Positions 11,382 through 21,572 of a stretch of DNA of 47,235 nucleotides are shown here, piece after piece; within the stretch, counting starts at the first letter, position 1; every line of letters starts with the position of its first letter. This DNA comes from Halocafeteria seosinensis (lineage: Eukaryota). Under the pieces are notes generated by a model. It was given only the letters and a program-made list of their open reading frames with translations. It did not search any database and was not told where the DNA came from. The translations under genes and the position numbers were made by a program. The stretch is from positions 1 to 47,235 of the forward strand of contig LVLI01000136.1 of NCBI GenBank assembly GCA_001687465.1, given 5' to 3'.

Positions 11382-12443
11382 TCATTTACGCCTTTTTCGA
11401 GGGGGCTCTTCTTCCAGGTCCAGAACTTCACGGCGCAGCAATTCGAACTGCTGACTTCCGCAGCCTATTTGAAGCATTGAGCAAGGTTTGATGGTGTTGT
11501 TTCGACTTGAATACCCTTTCCATTCGACGTCCATTTCATCTTCGTCCTATATGTATTTCACGAATGGCTCAATCTCGAATAATTCCTCCGTGTTTCCAGG
11601 AGCCTCCTCTTCAACTTCGTCGTCGTCGCAGTCTTCCTCCACGTTGGGGCCTCCGTTCTCTCCATTATCGCAACTGATGAGTCCATCTACTTCCTCGTCG
11701 GATGCATATGTATGTTATCCACATTCTGTAGCCACAGGTACAGCGAATTCTTCATGGTCCTCGACCTCTGCCTCCAGTCTTTCAATGAGTTGGCTCTTCC
11801 TGCCAGGAACCGAAAGCTTTCTCTGACGACACAGATACACCAAGTATGGGATATCGTTGTACCAGAAACTATCAATATATAGCATGTTTTCGATTTGGCA
11901 GTCTCGTAGAAGTTCGTTCATTGCTCTGTCTTTAGCAAATGGCTCTCCAGAAGGAAGAACCCAAGTCCGTCTCAGAGTCCTGATTCCAACCTTTGCGAAC
12001 AACTTTAGTAGACAAATCTTTAAGCAATGTTGGAGAAGACAAGCCTTTAAGCGATGTTGGAATCCATTCGTAAGTCAGAAGCTGAATTATGTTCTTCTAC
12101 ACATACACTGCTTCAGGTACTCGGCTTTCTGTCCGGCAGGGAATTTCCAGAGCATGTCACGGCATGACGACATGGAATGAGCGACAGAAGATTTTTCAGT
12201 AGCTTTCTAAACGGGGACAAAACGGACTTGTCCAGTGGCTGGAGAAAGCAATCTTGGCGCACACTTTAGGGAACGAGGAGAATAGTACTTGCATGCCATT
12301 TTCGCGGAGCACGAGCACTTTCTGTCGGATAACGTCAACGAAGTATTCTGGGAAGGTCTGCTTCCGTCCACGGCAACATTCGATCCTACATCTATTTGTC
12401 CACCTCAACGTCGACATTCTGGGCATGATGAGCCAAATCCATG
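11382..12443 (-). pseudogene. Decayed ORF: DDE_1/pogo-like transposase fragment + SAP + acidic linker + chromodomain-like + NLS
   Basis: Fragments LRENGMQVLF / FLQPLDKSVLSPFRKLL; SAP-like LVYLCRQRKLSVPGRKSQLIERLE. Reading through two in-frame stops gives ELFEIEPFVKYI*DEDEMDVEWKGYSSRNNT and ends PPRKRRK*. Confidence 0.55.
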
Positions 12444-13102
12444 ACGTCTAGCCGCTCTCTGATTTTCTTTTTCGAGTCGGAAGCCGGGTTAAGTGTCAAT
12501 TTCCCTCGCGAATAACCATTCACTGTGACTTCTCTCTGGTCAAGAACACTTTGTATACAATTGCCGCTATTCTATTTACGCTCATGTATCCATGCATGGA
12601 CAATTATAGCACTGTAGCGCCTTCCATCGGGGGTTGATGATCAAATTTCCCCCTTGGGATTTTGTCTGTGCAACTTCAACTTCCCTGCGGGTCGCACGAA
12701 TACAAGGCCTCGTATCTCTCGTGCAAAAAGCAACAGCATTACACCGCCTACATCATTATGTTTAAAATCAATTCTAGTTTAAGAATCACTTTTCCGTGCT
12801 CGTAACCGGTCTCTGGTTAACGAGAAAACGGGAGAACCGCTGTTCAAAAATACAGGTAACGGGAGTCGAGTCGCTTTCCCGCACGGCCGAAATCCACGCC
12901 TTCGTTTTGGGGGTAAAAAGGGGTTCCCCCGGCCCGTCCTTTCGCCCTTCGTCTTCCCTGAATTTTTTGACCCTATGCCTTTTGTTTCAGTGACTCAGAG
13001 GCAAAATTGAGGCATTCAAAAATTCCGGTAACGGGCCGGTGTTACATTTAAAGATGAACGACTGTACTCGTTCTTCCTGCGTTGTAAACTTGGCTACCGT
13101 TA

Positions 13103-13285
13103 TTGCAAAACAGACTGCACCGGAATTTCGTCTGTCTTTTCGGTGACCTCAAACAGGGTAGGCTCATGTCTCGAGTGTCGTTTCCTAGTCCGCAGGACAA
13201 TACCGGTACTAGTCATTTTACTTTGATGAGATCCGACGGCACTGTCGTGGAGCTAACGGTGGATTTACCGGTATACACACAGTGA
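13103..13285 (+). pseudogene. Orphan 3' remnant of a paralog of the 13854-17027 gene
   Basis: SHFTLMRSDGTVVELTVD resembles the C-terminus SHTLTLMKPNGTVLELSLE of the downstream gene. Confidence 0.5.
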
Positions 13286-13904
13286 CTGGTGAAATGACAT
13301 GAATCGACAATGCATGGGACAGGATCCTTGCAACTTTGCTACCATTGTTTGAGATGCTAAGGTTTGGACAATGCATGTACAGTAGAGTAGCTAAACGCTC
13401 GTATTTCCCCATGCTGTGACACTGTTCCCTACATGGTCGGCCCACCGCAGTAGTCTTCTTTCATGCGTGTCCATCCATCTACAGAGTACATATACCATGT
13501 ATTGCTTCAGCGTATCCATAATACACGTACATGTACCATGGTACATGTACTGTATGGATTTTATACATGTCTGCCCGTCTTGCAGACTGCTGTATAACCT
13601 ATACTACGCGACACTTGATTAAACACAGCAACTTGAGAAAGAATTAAATATACGTTCTTCGGCGGGAGCAAAAGACTTCTTGCAAGCACAGAAGTTGCAC
13701 GAAACCTTGGCGACAGGTGGTATTTCGGGCCGCGGCCCGCGTGGCAACCACTGGTTCCAGCGGAACAGGCTGAACAGCTCAAATCCACACAATTAACCGG
13801 GCTCGTCCGGGCTCGTTCAGTTCGTTTTAGTTTGGATTCTTTTTGATTTTTGTTTGAAATGTCCTAACATTTACAGTTGGTATCGAGAACGCAGTTGGTT
13901 GATT

Positions 13905-16900
13905 ATGGATGGCTTGGGGGGTTTCTTGGGACGAAAGGGGATGAAACAAATTCCGCGCAGCTCCCTGCTTTGGCTCTATGGCTACCTTTCTGCTCTCTCA
14001 ACAGTATACCTTCCAATGGGGGTACGCTCAGAAACGTCTAATAGCACCGAGTTACGTGAAGAAATCATCAGGAAGTCGTACGAGCACTGCGAGCAGTATT
14101 TTGAGCATATGTTCCAGCAGAATCGGTCTGTCTTTTCGCTCAAGACAAACATACCATGGAAATATGTATTTTTAGAAGATCCTCATCGACATTTGACCTT
14201 GAATGAAGGCGAGATCTTCGATGGACAAGGCTATACAATCGATTTGACGAATGTTACCGAGTGGCAAGGCTTGATAAAGGTGAACGATTCTGTGAGTGTC
14301 TTCGAGGACGCCCCCCTTGTCAGGAATATTCACATGAAGAATGGGCAAACAAGTGTTGGGGGTGGATTCGTCATCCAGTCCCGGCAAAAATATGTCACAG
14401 TCGAGTCTTGTAGCTCAACTGGAGATATCTATGGCTTTGTTGGAGACTACCCTGATGTTCCCTGGCACGGAGGAGGAGGTATATGTGGCGAGGAATGTGG
14501 AGCCGACGGTGGCCAAATCGTGGTACAAGATTGTCATTCTTCAGGCCCAATGCTTGGAGCCGATGGTGGAGGCATATGTGGTCGTATGACAGCAGCGGGA
14601 GGTACCGCCAATATAACTGGCTGCTCCTCATCGGGAAATATATTCTCGATTTCGACTGGTGGCATTGTCGGTAGCATGACACCGGCTGATGGAGGCGCCG
14701 TTTATATCCGGAACTGCTATTCCACCGGTGATATTTCTGGGAATTCAACAGGTGGCATAGCAGGTTTTGGAGCTGGAAGCGACAGCTCGATGTTCATTCA
14801 AAGCTCCTATTCTACAGGTGCCGTCGCAGGCAAAGAAAGCGGAGGTATCTGCGGAAGCAGAGGTGCCGAAAACAAGGGAAAACTGGAGATAAGAGATTGC
14901 TACTCTTTAGGTGAAGTCAATTCAGCAAACGGTGGAGGCATCTGTGGTGGGTCTGCAGCAATGTATGGAGGTGTGATTCTGATCAACAGTGTGTTTGCGA
15001 ATGGAACCGTATCCACTTCAGCAGGAGGCATTGTAGGTTCAGTAGCCAATGATTCAGCCAGCATCCCTGACGATGAATCAATGGATTCAATAGACGTTCA
15101 ACTGTCAGTACACCGTGGAGAAAAGATTGCAGCTTCCGGTGCCTCCTTGTTGGATGAGAATCATAATTCAGCAGACATATCAGATATTATTGGAAGCTTA
15201 TATTGCGTGAATGGGAGTTGCTGGGATGAAGACATTTGGAAAGAGCAACCTAGTGACGTCCCCCTTCTGAGCTTCCAAATTCCAAGCAGCTTACCGACAC
15301 CGTCAACATCTCCTTCGCTTACGCCGTCACCTACCCCTACAAAGAGTTCGACACACTCTGGAACACATACGGCAACCGCCTCCCGTAGTCCATCCGACTC
15401 CGCAACGCATACGGCAACACGTTCACCAAGTGTATCGCCAACAAAATCCTCCACACATACTGCAAATGGCTCACCCAGTGTATCGGCAACACAATCCTCC
15501 ACACATACTGTAACGGGTTCATCCGCTGTATCGGCGACACGATCCTCCACGCATACTGTAACTGGTTCACCCAGTGTGTCTGCAACACGATCATCGACGC
15601 GTACAGTAACTGGCTCACCTAGTGTATCTGCAACACGATCCTCCACGCGTACAGTAACTGGTTCACGCAGCGTATCAGCCACAGCATCAGCCGCTCGTAC
15701 AGCTACCGTGTCACCAAGGCCATCGACGACACAATCTGAAACGTCCATAGCAACTGGTTCACCTAGCGTATCGACATCAACTTCGGAGATTGCAACGCTC
15801 AGTGAGAGTCCTTCATCCTCCCAAACACGAAGCCCCGGTCCAACTTTATCAGTATCCCAGAGTGGGAGCTCCGGTCACGCAGAGAGGTCAGTCAATGTTT
15901 CTTTCAGTTTTCTTTATTCTGCACCAATTCGAAAATACTTAGGGCGCAAGCGGACGGTAACGAATCGTCTCGATGCGACGGGCAAGGATTCCCTTTATGT
16001 CTACAGTTTGCTCACCGATGAGTCCGTCATAGAAGATGGGGCATTACTTAAACACAACTTGGATAGCTCGTTCTTTCGGATTAACTGGGAAGAGGCCACC
16101 GACGGCGCTAGCAGCTTCCAGTTTCGGCTTTTGGATGAATATCCCACTAACGCAATTAGGTCCCCATTTCCTGGGAAAAGAAGCAGCACCATGATGTGGA
16201 AAAGCTCCAATGGCCCAAATAAGTCTACCCATATCTTCTTGCACGCTGGCTGGAAGTCCTCGAGAGCTGGAATCCCATCCTATTTGGATGACATGTGGCT
16301 TTGGACAGAGCATGGGTCGCGATGGGGCGTAGTAAAGCAAAACATAGTGGGAGGTTACTCAGGCGCCAAAACCATCAGAATATCAGCCAACACATGGAGT
16401 TGTGATTGTCAACAACCAGAACAAAATTATATGTTTGGTGGCATTACCAACTTGGGACGAATATTGGACGATATGTGGACGTTTCATATGGATCCTAACG
16501 GTTTAAGTGTATCTTGGAAGAAGCAACTCCCGGACTCCATGACTGAGAATGAATCTCCTCAAGGAAGATACGGGGCCGAAGTTTGGACTTTCTATAACCA
16601 TCAGGTCTGGGAGGGCATGAAACCAACGCAGGAGGTGTACTTATTCGGCGGTATTGGTCTGCAGACAGAAGGACTCGAGCACTTTCAGGACCTTTGGCGG
16701 TTTAGTTGCACTTCAAAGACTTGGACTCCAATACTAACGCCATTTCGTTCGCAAGCTATCCATACAATGATGCTCTTTTCTGCTCCCCTTGAGAATCGCG
16801 TTTATGTCATTAAACGTTCGCAGAAGTTAACGGTGTGGGCTTTTGACTACGACTCTGAATATTGGACAAGCCTTAAAGTAGACCAACTACCGGACTCCAT

Positions 16901-17027
16901 TCCGAACACTTTCTCGTCCAGGGATGGCTTGTTACTTGCTTCTCGGCGAACGGGCGACAATTCCCATACTCTTACCTTGATGAAACCTAATGGGACTGTC
17001 TTAGAATTATCCCTCGAATTCGAATAG
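13905..17027 (+). CDS. Secreted protein: GLUG-like Gly/Cys repeats + Ser/Thr stalk + Kelch-like C-terminal domain
   Basis: Hydrophobic leader after ATG 13905 or 13941; CxSxGxIxxxxGGGICG repeats; S/T tandem repeats; Kelch-like YMFGG...DDMW, GRYG and YLFGG...QDLW motifs. Confidence 0.85.
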   Translation: MDGLGGFLGRKGMKQIPRSSLLWLYGYLSALSTVYLPMGVRSETSNSTELREEIIRKSYEHCEQYFEHMFQQNRSVFSLKTNIPWKYVFLEDPHRHLTLNEGEIFDGQGYTIDLTNVTEWQGLIKVNDSVSVFEDAPLVRNIHMKNGQTSVGGGFVIQSRQKYVTVESCSSTGDIYGFVGDYPDVPWHGGGGICGEECGADGGQIVVQDCHSSGPMLGADGGGICGRMTAAGGTANITGCSSSGNIFSISTGGIVGSMTPADGGAVYIRNCYSTGDISGNSTGGIAGFGAGSDSSMFIQSSYSTGAVAGKESGGICGSRGAENKGKLEIRDCYSLGEVNSANGGGICGGSAAMYGGVILINSVFANGTVSTSAGGIVGSVANDSASIPDDESMDSIDVQLSVHRGEKIAASGASLLDENHNSADISDIIGSLYCVNGSCWDEDIWKEQPSDVPLLSFQIPSSLPTPSTSPSLTPSPTPTKSSTHSGTHTATASRSPSDSATHTATRSPSVSPTKSSTHTANGSPSVSATQSSTHTVTGSSAVSATRSSTHTVTGSPSVSATRSSTRTVTGSPSVSATRSSTRTVTGSRSVSATASAARTATVSPRPSTTQSETSIATGSPSVSTSTSEIATLSESPSSSQTRSPGPTLSVSQSGSSGHAERSVNVSFSFLYSAPIRKYLGRKRTVTNRLDATGKDSLYVYSLLTDESVIEDGALLKHNLDSSFFRINWEEATDGASSFQFRLLDEYPTNAIRSPFPGKRSSTMMWKSSNGPNKSTHIFLHAGWKSSRAGIPSYLDDMWLWTEHGSRWGVVKQNIVGGYSGAKTIRISANTWSCDCQQPEQNYMFGGITNLGRILDDMWTFHMDPNGLSVSWKKQLPDSMTENESPQGRYGAEVWTFYNHQVWEGMKPTQEVYLFGGIGLQTEGLEHFQDLWRFSCTSKTWTPILTPFRSQAIHTMMLFSAPLENRVYVIKRSQKLTVWAFDYDSEYWTSLKVDQLPDSIPNTFSSRDGLLLASRRTGDNSHTLTLMKPNGTVLELSLEFE
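15360..15790 (+). repeat. Coding 48-nt tandem repeat (16-aa unit HTVTGSPSVSATRSST)
   Basis: About 8-9 variably conserved units are visible in the translation. Confidence 0.85.
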
Positions 17028-17188
17028 AACCGGGAAGGTCTGCGAAGAAGTGGTTCGTCTTGATGCCGTATTCAGATTTATGCCGAGACATTGTGTACAT
17101 GTAGCGAACTTTGGTTTCCAGCCACTCGATATTTGAGGCCGACGGCTATCTTTGCTAAGTGTGGCAACCGTGCATGTATTGGTGGCAT

Positions 17189-20100
17189 CTACCACTCAAG
17201 TGTGGGATCCTTCGAGCGTATTCCATTTTCGCTCTTTGGGACATTGACATGACCATACGGACAATGGCGGCACCCGTTTCCGCAGCACGTTCCGCGTTTA
17301 TGATGATAATGTTGGGTGAATACTGAATACCCGGTGGCCGGGTCAATGTACGTATCCCGTTTTAAAGAAACAGCATAACGATGTAGGGCCTTGAACGACG
17401 AGCCAGGAACTGTACTTCGCCTAGCCGCTTCTAGCATGTCATCTGGAAGATCCGATTCCCTCACAGGAACTTCTGCCTCCCAGCGTTCCTGTAGTTTCTT
17501 CTTTGTTTGTGGATCTGGTTTATGCCTCGATCCCGTCTGAGTATCATTGACGGTTGCAACTAATAGAGCGCTGTTTTCCCTCACGGTAGCTCTCCCATTA
17601 TAGCCACCCCAAGTGAACATTTTAGTGGAACCTAAAGGGACTGTTGCATGACGGCACCGTTGAACAGCTGCACCATCCCATTGAAGCTGTCGCCATGACA
17701 TTGAATCCATTTCGATAGCCCATGCATCTGATAGCAAAGCTGTACTTCCACTTCCATTTGCAGTTCCCCCTATGATGATCATTTGATCGTTCAACGCTAC
17801 AGCCGAATGCGAAGTTCTAGCGGCCGGTCCGGCTGTGTCAAATTTCTTCCATTCTTCCTTCCCTAAATTCCATGTCCAGAGATCAGCAGTTGGACCAACA
17901 CCGTGTACACTTCCTCCAAACACAGTCATCACCTTATCCCCTTCCGCATTCGTCCATATCACTGCGCTATGGTCGGTGCGGGGTTGAGGCCAGAGCTGCG
18001 AGTCAATTCCTTTCTCAATCCATGTCCAGTTGTTCATATCGAGGTACCAGAGATCGTTAAGTCTGCATTTGCCATTCCATCCCCCAAATAAAAGTGCCGC
18101 GTTTTGTTGGGGATCGTACACCAATGTAGGATTGCCCCTCGGAGGAGGTTGATTGGAGCCGCGAGTAGAGCACCGTGTCCAGCAAAGGGTACGGAGATGA
18201 AGAATTTCGCAGTTGTCGAGCGGCCTATTTTGAGAATTCCAGCCTCCAAACACAAGAAAATAATCACCGCATACGGCAGAAGCACTATTCGAGCGGCATG
18301 TTGGGACGTTTTCGTCCGCAACGCTAGAACATTGTATCCATTCCCAGACTGCCGCATTATCTGACTTCTCGCACTGATTCTTCCCATCCTTCCCTCTTGT
18401 AACCCAACCCTCTAATGGCACGACCAGTCTCCAAACATCTGACAGGAGCTTACCATCGCTACTTTCGCCGGCATGAACTATGACGGTGCCTTCGTCTGTG
18501 GCTGCCATAGTGTGTGCACAACGGTCAGGTGGCAAGTATCCATTCCTCCCAAATATAGAAAGCCAATAACTGCTTTCGATGGCTTGTCCCTCCTCTGAGT
18601 CCGAGAAACATGGATAGAACCGGGAGGCCAACTCCGATGAGCGCTCTTCTACCTTTCCATTTAGGGCTTTTAATTTGAGTGCCTGCTCGGACCAACTTCT
18701 CGTGTCGATGTGCTCAGGAATTGCAGTACCGCGCAGCAATGACGCAAGCATTTCAATTCCCTCAACTACCCTTGGTCCAGGCCGCGAGAACTTGTCATGA
18801 TCCACAATGTATACATCGCCATTCTGTACAGAAGAGAGACGCCAAAATTCGGGAGTGTCAAGCAAGTGCAATTCATTCAGGGTTTTCTTGGTGGATGCTG
18901 AGCAAGGAGACAACAGGAGAACGTCCGGGTCAGCCTTCAGTACTTGCTCCCATGTTATAATGCGACTCGGTGCCCCACCTTTATCTCCAAGCGCATCTAC
19001 ACAGCCTGCTGCTTCTTTCACGTCTGGTAGCCACCCACCGCCGACGCATGGAGGACACAAGCCCTCTAACGAGAGTACACGAGGTCCTGTCGTGCTGGAA
19101 GTGTCCAACTCTTCCCTTACTCTCTTCAGCCTTTGGCGCAAGTGGTTACAAAACCTGTAGCTCTCGTCCGCAGCATCCAACGCTTCCCCAATATCATGGA
19201 TGGTTACAAAGAGTTCCTCCAATGTGGCTGGAGACACTCTAATGATATCGCAAGCGTGGAGTAAGCCACATTCTTGCAGCGCAGTCAACACATCACTTTT
19301 TGCGGCGTCGCAGATGTCACAGGAATCCTGAACGAAAACGCGACGAGGAGCCAGTTGGTTTAGTAACTTCTTGTCAACGAGCCAATGACCAGGAGGTCCT
19401 TGCGAGCTTTCTTTCCTCATTTCGTCCATTTTCGTAGCAACCTCTTCGCTAGTCATTTCAGATGCGTCAAAGGGAGATCTGCATACAATCTGCCGCGGGT
19501 AAGACTGCGCTCTTGCAGGATAATCGCAAATAGAGGTAACCCCAGACAGCCTGTTCTCTACCCCCAGAGCAAATGCTATCTCTGTCGCAGCTGACACAAA
19601 GGAAACCGAATCAGCCATTTTCACAGGAGAATGCTCTGTAACGTTTCGAATAAAATCTGCGGCCAAACACGGCTGTGATGCAAAGTGAAGGTGATAATAG
19701 CTTGCCAGCACGTTATGAACAGTGAATCCATCCCATTGTGCTATGGCTCCTGGATTCTGTGGTGTCACTCGAAAGGGTGAACTATGTTCATTGTGCTGCG
19801 GCTCGTTGACAATCTCTGAAAAATGGAACTTCTGTCCCCGGCATATGCGGCCCTTGTCGAAGACAGGATTTTGCATCATTTCTACTTCCACGTAATACAT
19901 TTTCGCATGGGCACTCATATTAACCACTAACTCTGGAAAAACAGAGCACATATCGTAAGCATTGCGCCTGTGACTATCATCCTTGGAGAGTGATACATTC
20001 TTTGCCCAAAGGGTTCTGGCTAAGTAAATGAGCCCACCACATTCGGCGTAAATAATTCCACCCTCTTTCACAAATGACCGAATAGCTTTAATCATGGTTC

Positions 20101-21079
20101 CATTTGCTTGCAATTTCTGCGCATGCAGCTCAGGGTAGCCACCTCCAATATACAGCGCATCAATGAGGGGTGGTAAATGCGGGTCGTTTACGGGAGAGAA
20201 GTAAACAAGCTTAGCCCCATAATGCTCAAGCAACGTCAAGTTGTCGTGATAGTAAAAATGGAAAGCGGAGTCATGGGCAACAGCAATTCGACATGACACA
20301 GAGTCCTGCATAGGGACTGGGTTCGTCGGAAACCTCGGTGAGGCAGTGTTTGCAACAGATGCTAGCTCATCAAGCTTTATATTGTTCTTCATCACTTTCC
20401 CCAAATTCTCCCATTGTATACTTTCAGTGCTTTCCTCTGGGGCTTCCAGCCCAAGATGTCGTTCCGAAATATGAGCCTGCTGATCTTGCGGCATAGCTCC
20501 CGCGAATAAAACCGGCCTCCCCGTGGCGGAATCGCGGAGCCTATCTTTATGGCTGTTGAGAGCCTCGCCGATCCAGTCAATATGCCGCACTCCATTAACC
20601 TTGTTGACAATCACTGCCCCCAGTCTCATCTCCGGATCAAGCTGTAAATAACCCATCACCATTGCAGCGACAGAGCGTGCCATACTCCATGCGTCCACTA
20701 CCAGCACCACAGGGGCGTTTAGCCATTTGGCAATTTGGGCGGTAGATCCTTCGTCTGTCGATCCATCGCGTCCATCGTGTAATCCCATTACTCCTTCAAT
20801 GATGCAAATGTCTGCGCCCTCAGCGTGTCTCTGGAAGCTTTCCAAAACTTGCTCCTTGCCTCCCATCATCCAGCCGTCCAAGTTAATGCTGGGGCGCGCA
20901 TTCTTGCAAGCTGCCTGGTGGTGTTTACCGTCGAGGAAGTCAGGACCGACTTTGTATGGTTGAACCGTGAGATTTCTTTGAGAGAATGCAGCCATGAGAC
21001 CGCATGCAATCGTCGTCTTGCCTACAGCGGAAGAGGTTCCAGCTACCACCAGTATAGGTGGACACCTTTCCCGTCCCAT
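17189..21079 (-). CDS. cobB: Cobyrinate a,c-diamide synthase (CbiA/CobB) fused to a BtuF-like binding domain, Kelch repeats and a DUF5522-like Cys-rich domain
   Basis: AGTSSAVGKTT, YKVGPDFLD, EGVMGLHDG, ERHLGL, GGGYPELHA, YAECGG and ASYYHLHF (~19640-21079). Then SAATEIAFALG...VTSICDYP...FSRPGPRVVEGIEML (~18730-19612), Kelch FGG...W repeats (~17595-18533) and YIDPATGYSVFT...CCGNGCRHCPYGH (~17249-17392). One uninterrupted ORF; likely ATG 21079. Confidence 0.9.
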   Translation of the reverse strand: MGRERCPPILVVAGTSSAVGKTTIACGLMAAFSQRNLTVQPYKVGPDFLDGKHHQAACKNARPSINLDGWMMGGKEQVLESFQRHAEGADICIIEGVMGLHDGRDGSTDEGSTAQIAKWLNAPVVLVVDAWSMARSVAAMVMGYLQLDPEMRLGAVIVNKVNGVRHIDWIGEALNSHKDRLRDSATGRPVLFAGAMPQDQQAHISERHLGLEAPEESTESIQWENLGKVMKNNIKLDELASVANTASPRFPTNPVPMQDSVSCRIAVAHDSAFHFYYHDNLTLLEHYGAKLVYFSPVNDPHLPPLIDALYIGGGYPELHAQKLQANGTMIKAIRSFVKEGGIIYAECGGLIYLARTLWAKNVSLSKDDSHRRNAYDMCSVFPELVVNMSAHAKMYYVEVEMMQNPVFDKGRICRGQKFHFSEIVNEPQHNEHSSPFRVTPQNPGAIAQWDGFTVHNVLASYYHLHFASQPCLAADFIRNVTEHSPVKMADSVSFVSAATEIAFALGVENRLSGVTSICDYPARAQSYPRQIVCRSPFDASEMTSEEVATKMDEMRKESSQGPPGHWLVDKKLLNQLAPRRVFVQDSCDICDAAKSDVLTALQECGLLHACDIIRVSPATLEELFVTIHDIGEALDAADESYRFCNHLRQRLKRVREELDTSSTTGPRVLSLEGLCPPCVGGGWLPDVKEAAGCVDALGDKGGAPSRIITWEQVLKADPDVLLLSPCSASTKKTLNELHLLDTPEFWRLSSVQNGDVYIVDHDKFSRPGPRVVEGIEMLASLLRGTAIPEHIDTRSWSEQALKLKALNGKVEERSSELASRFYPCFSDSEEGQAIESSYWLSIFGRNGYLPPDRCAHTMAATDEGTVIVHAGESSDGKLLSDVWRLVVPLEGWVTRGKDGKNQCEKSDNAAVWEWIQCSSVADENVPTCRSNSASAVCGDYFLVFGGWNSQNRPLDNCEILHLRTLCWTRCSTRGSNQPPPRGNPTLVYDPQQNAALLFGGWNGKCRLNDLWYLDMNNWTWIEKGIDSQLWPQPRTDHSAVIWTNAEGDKVMTVFGGSVHGVGPTADLWTWNLGKEEWKKFDTAGPAARTSHSAVALNDQMIIIGGTANGSGSTALLSDAWAIEMDSMSWRQLQWDGAAVQRCRHATVPLGSTKMFTWGGYNGRATVRENSALLVATVNDTQTGSRHKPDPQTKKKLQERWEAEVPVRESDLPDDMLEAARRSTVPGSSFKALHRYAVSLKRDTYIDPATGYSVFTQHYHHKRGTCCGNGCRHCPYGHVNVPKSENGIRSKDPTLEW

Positions 21080-21572
21080 TTCTCTGCACACGAAAGCCGA
21101 ACCACGTAAAGCCAATTTGAACGTCGGACTGCACGTTGGGGGAACACCTCTCCCAGCGTCGTTGCAGGGAAGAGACACTGTACATACTCATTTAGAGGCC
21201 GGTGTTCTTATTAGCACTGTTGGTGACGTACGTACGTACGTATCTTCCTAAAGCGTTGTCTTTACAAGACAAGAAGACAATCACACCCGAGTGCATGCCC
21301 GCAAGTAGCCGGGGTCAAGTGACGCGGGTTCCCTACACTCGTCAATACTACCGGAAATGACGTACTGTGCCCTTTCACGTGGCAGGAGGCCCGCATGATT
21401 CAATGAACAGATGCATTTGTGAAGTTAAACCCTGTGAAGTAGCTATTCTGCATTCATTATGGTTCATTTGCCTCGAGTCGGAATTCCCCCGTATTGATGT
21501 GCTTTCGACTGGGGGTAATCGGTGGTTTAATGGGTGAAGCAATTTGTGGGGTACTCTATGTGTCGGAACAAT

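Larger units (their letters stand above)
9940..12450 (-). mobile_element. Degenerate DNA-transposon-like region (boundaries approximate)
   Basis: GC hairpin + CTAG at the left edge, very AT-rich interior with a long tandem repeat, and a decayed ORF with transposase-like LQPLD, SAP and chromodomain motifs. Confidence 0.5.

Noticed and set aside
10027..13030. TIR pair TTTTGAATGCC (10036-10046) / GGCATTCAAAA (13011-13021)
   Set aside because: Only an 11-bp core with weak extension and no target duplication; may be chance.
15161..15748. 48-nt periodic repeats as a CRISPR array, and the antisense 195-aa ORF
   Set aside because: The units are contiguous codon repeats with no unique spacers and no cas genes. 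The antisense ORF is a shadow of the S/T stalk.
17189..21178. Bacterial contamination as the source of the cobB gene
   Set aside because: It is fused to Kelch repeats, has no operon neighbours and is contiguous with spliced eukaryotic genes. Read-level confirmation is still advisable.
21080..21530. Cobalamin riboswitch upstream of the cobB fusion
   Set aside because: No convincing B12-box or core stems seen by eye. An Infernal search with Rfam cobalamin models would be decisive.
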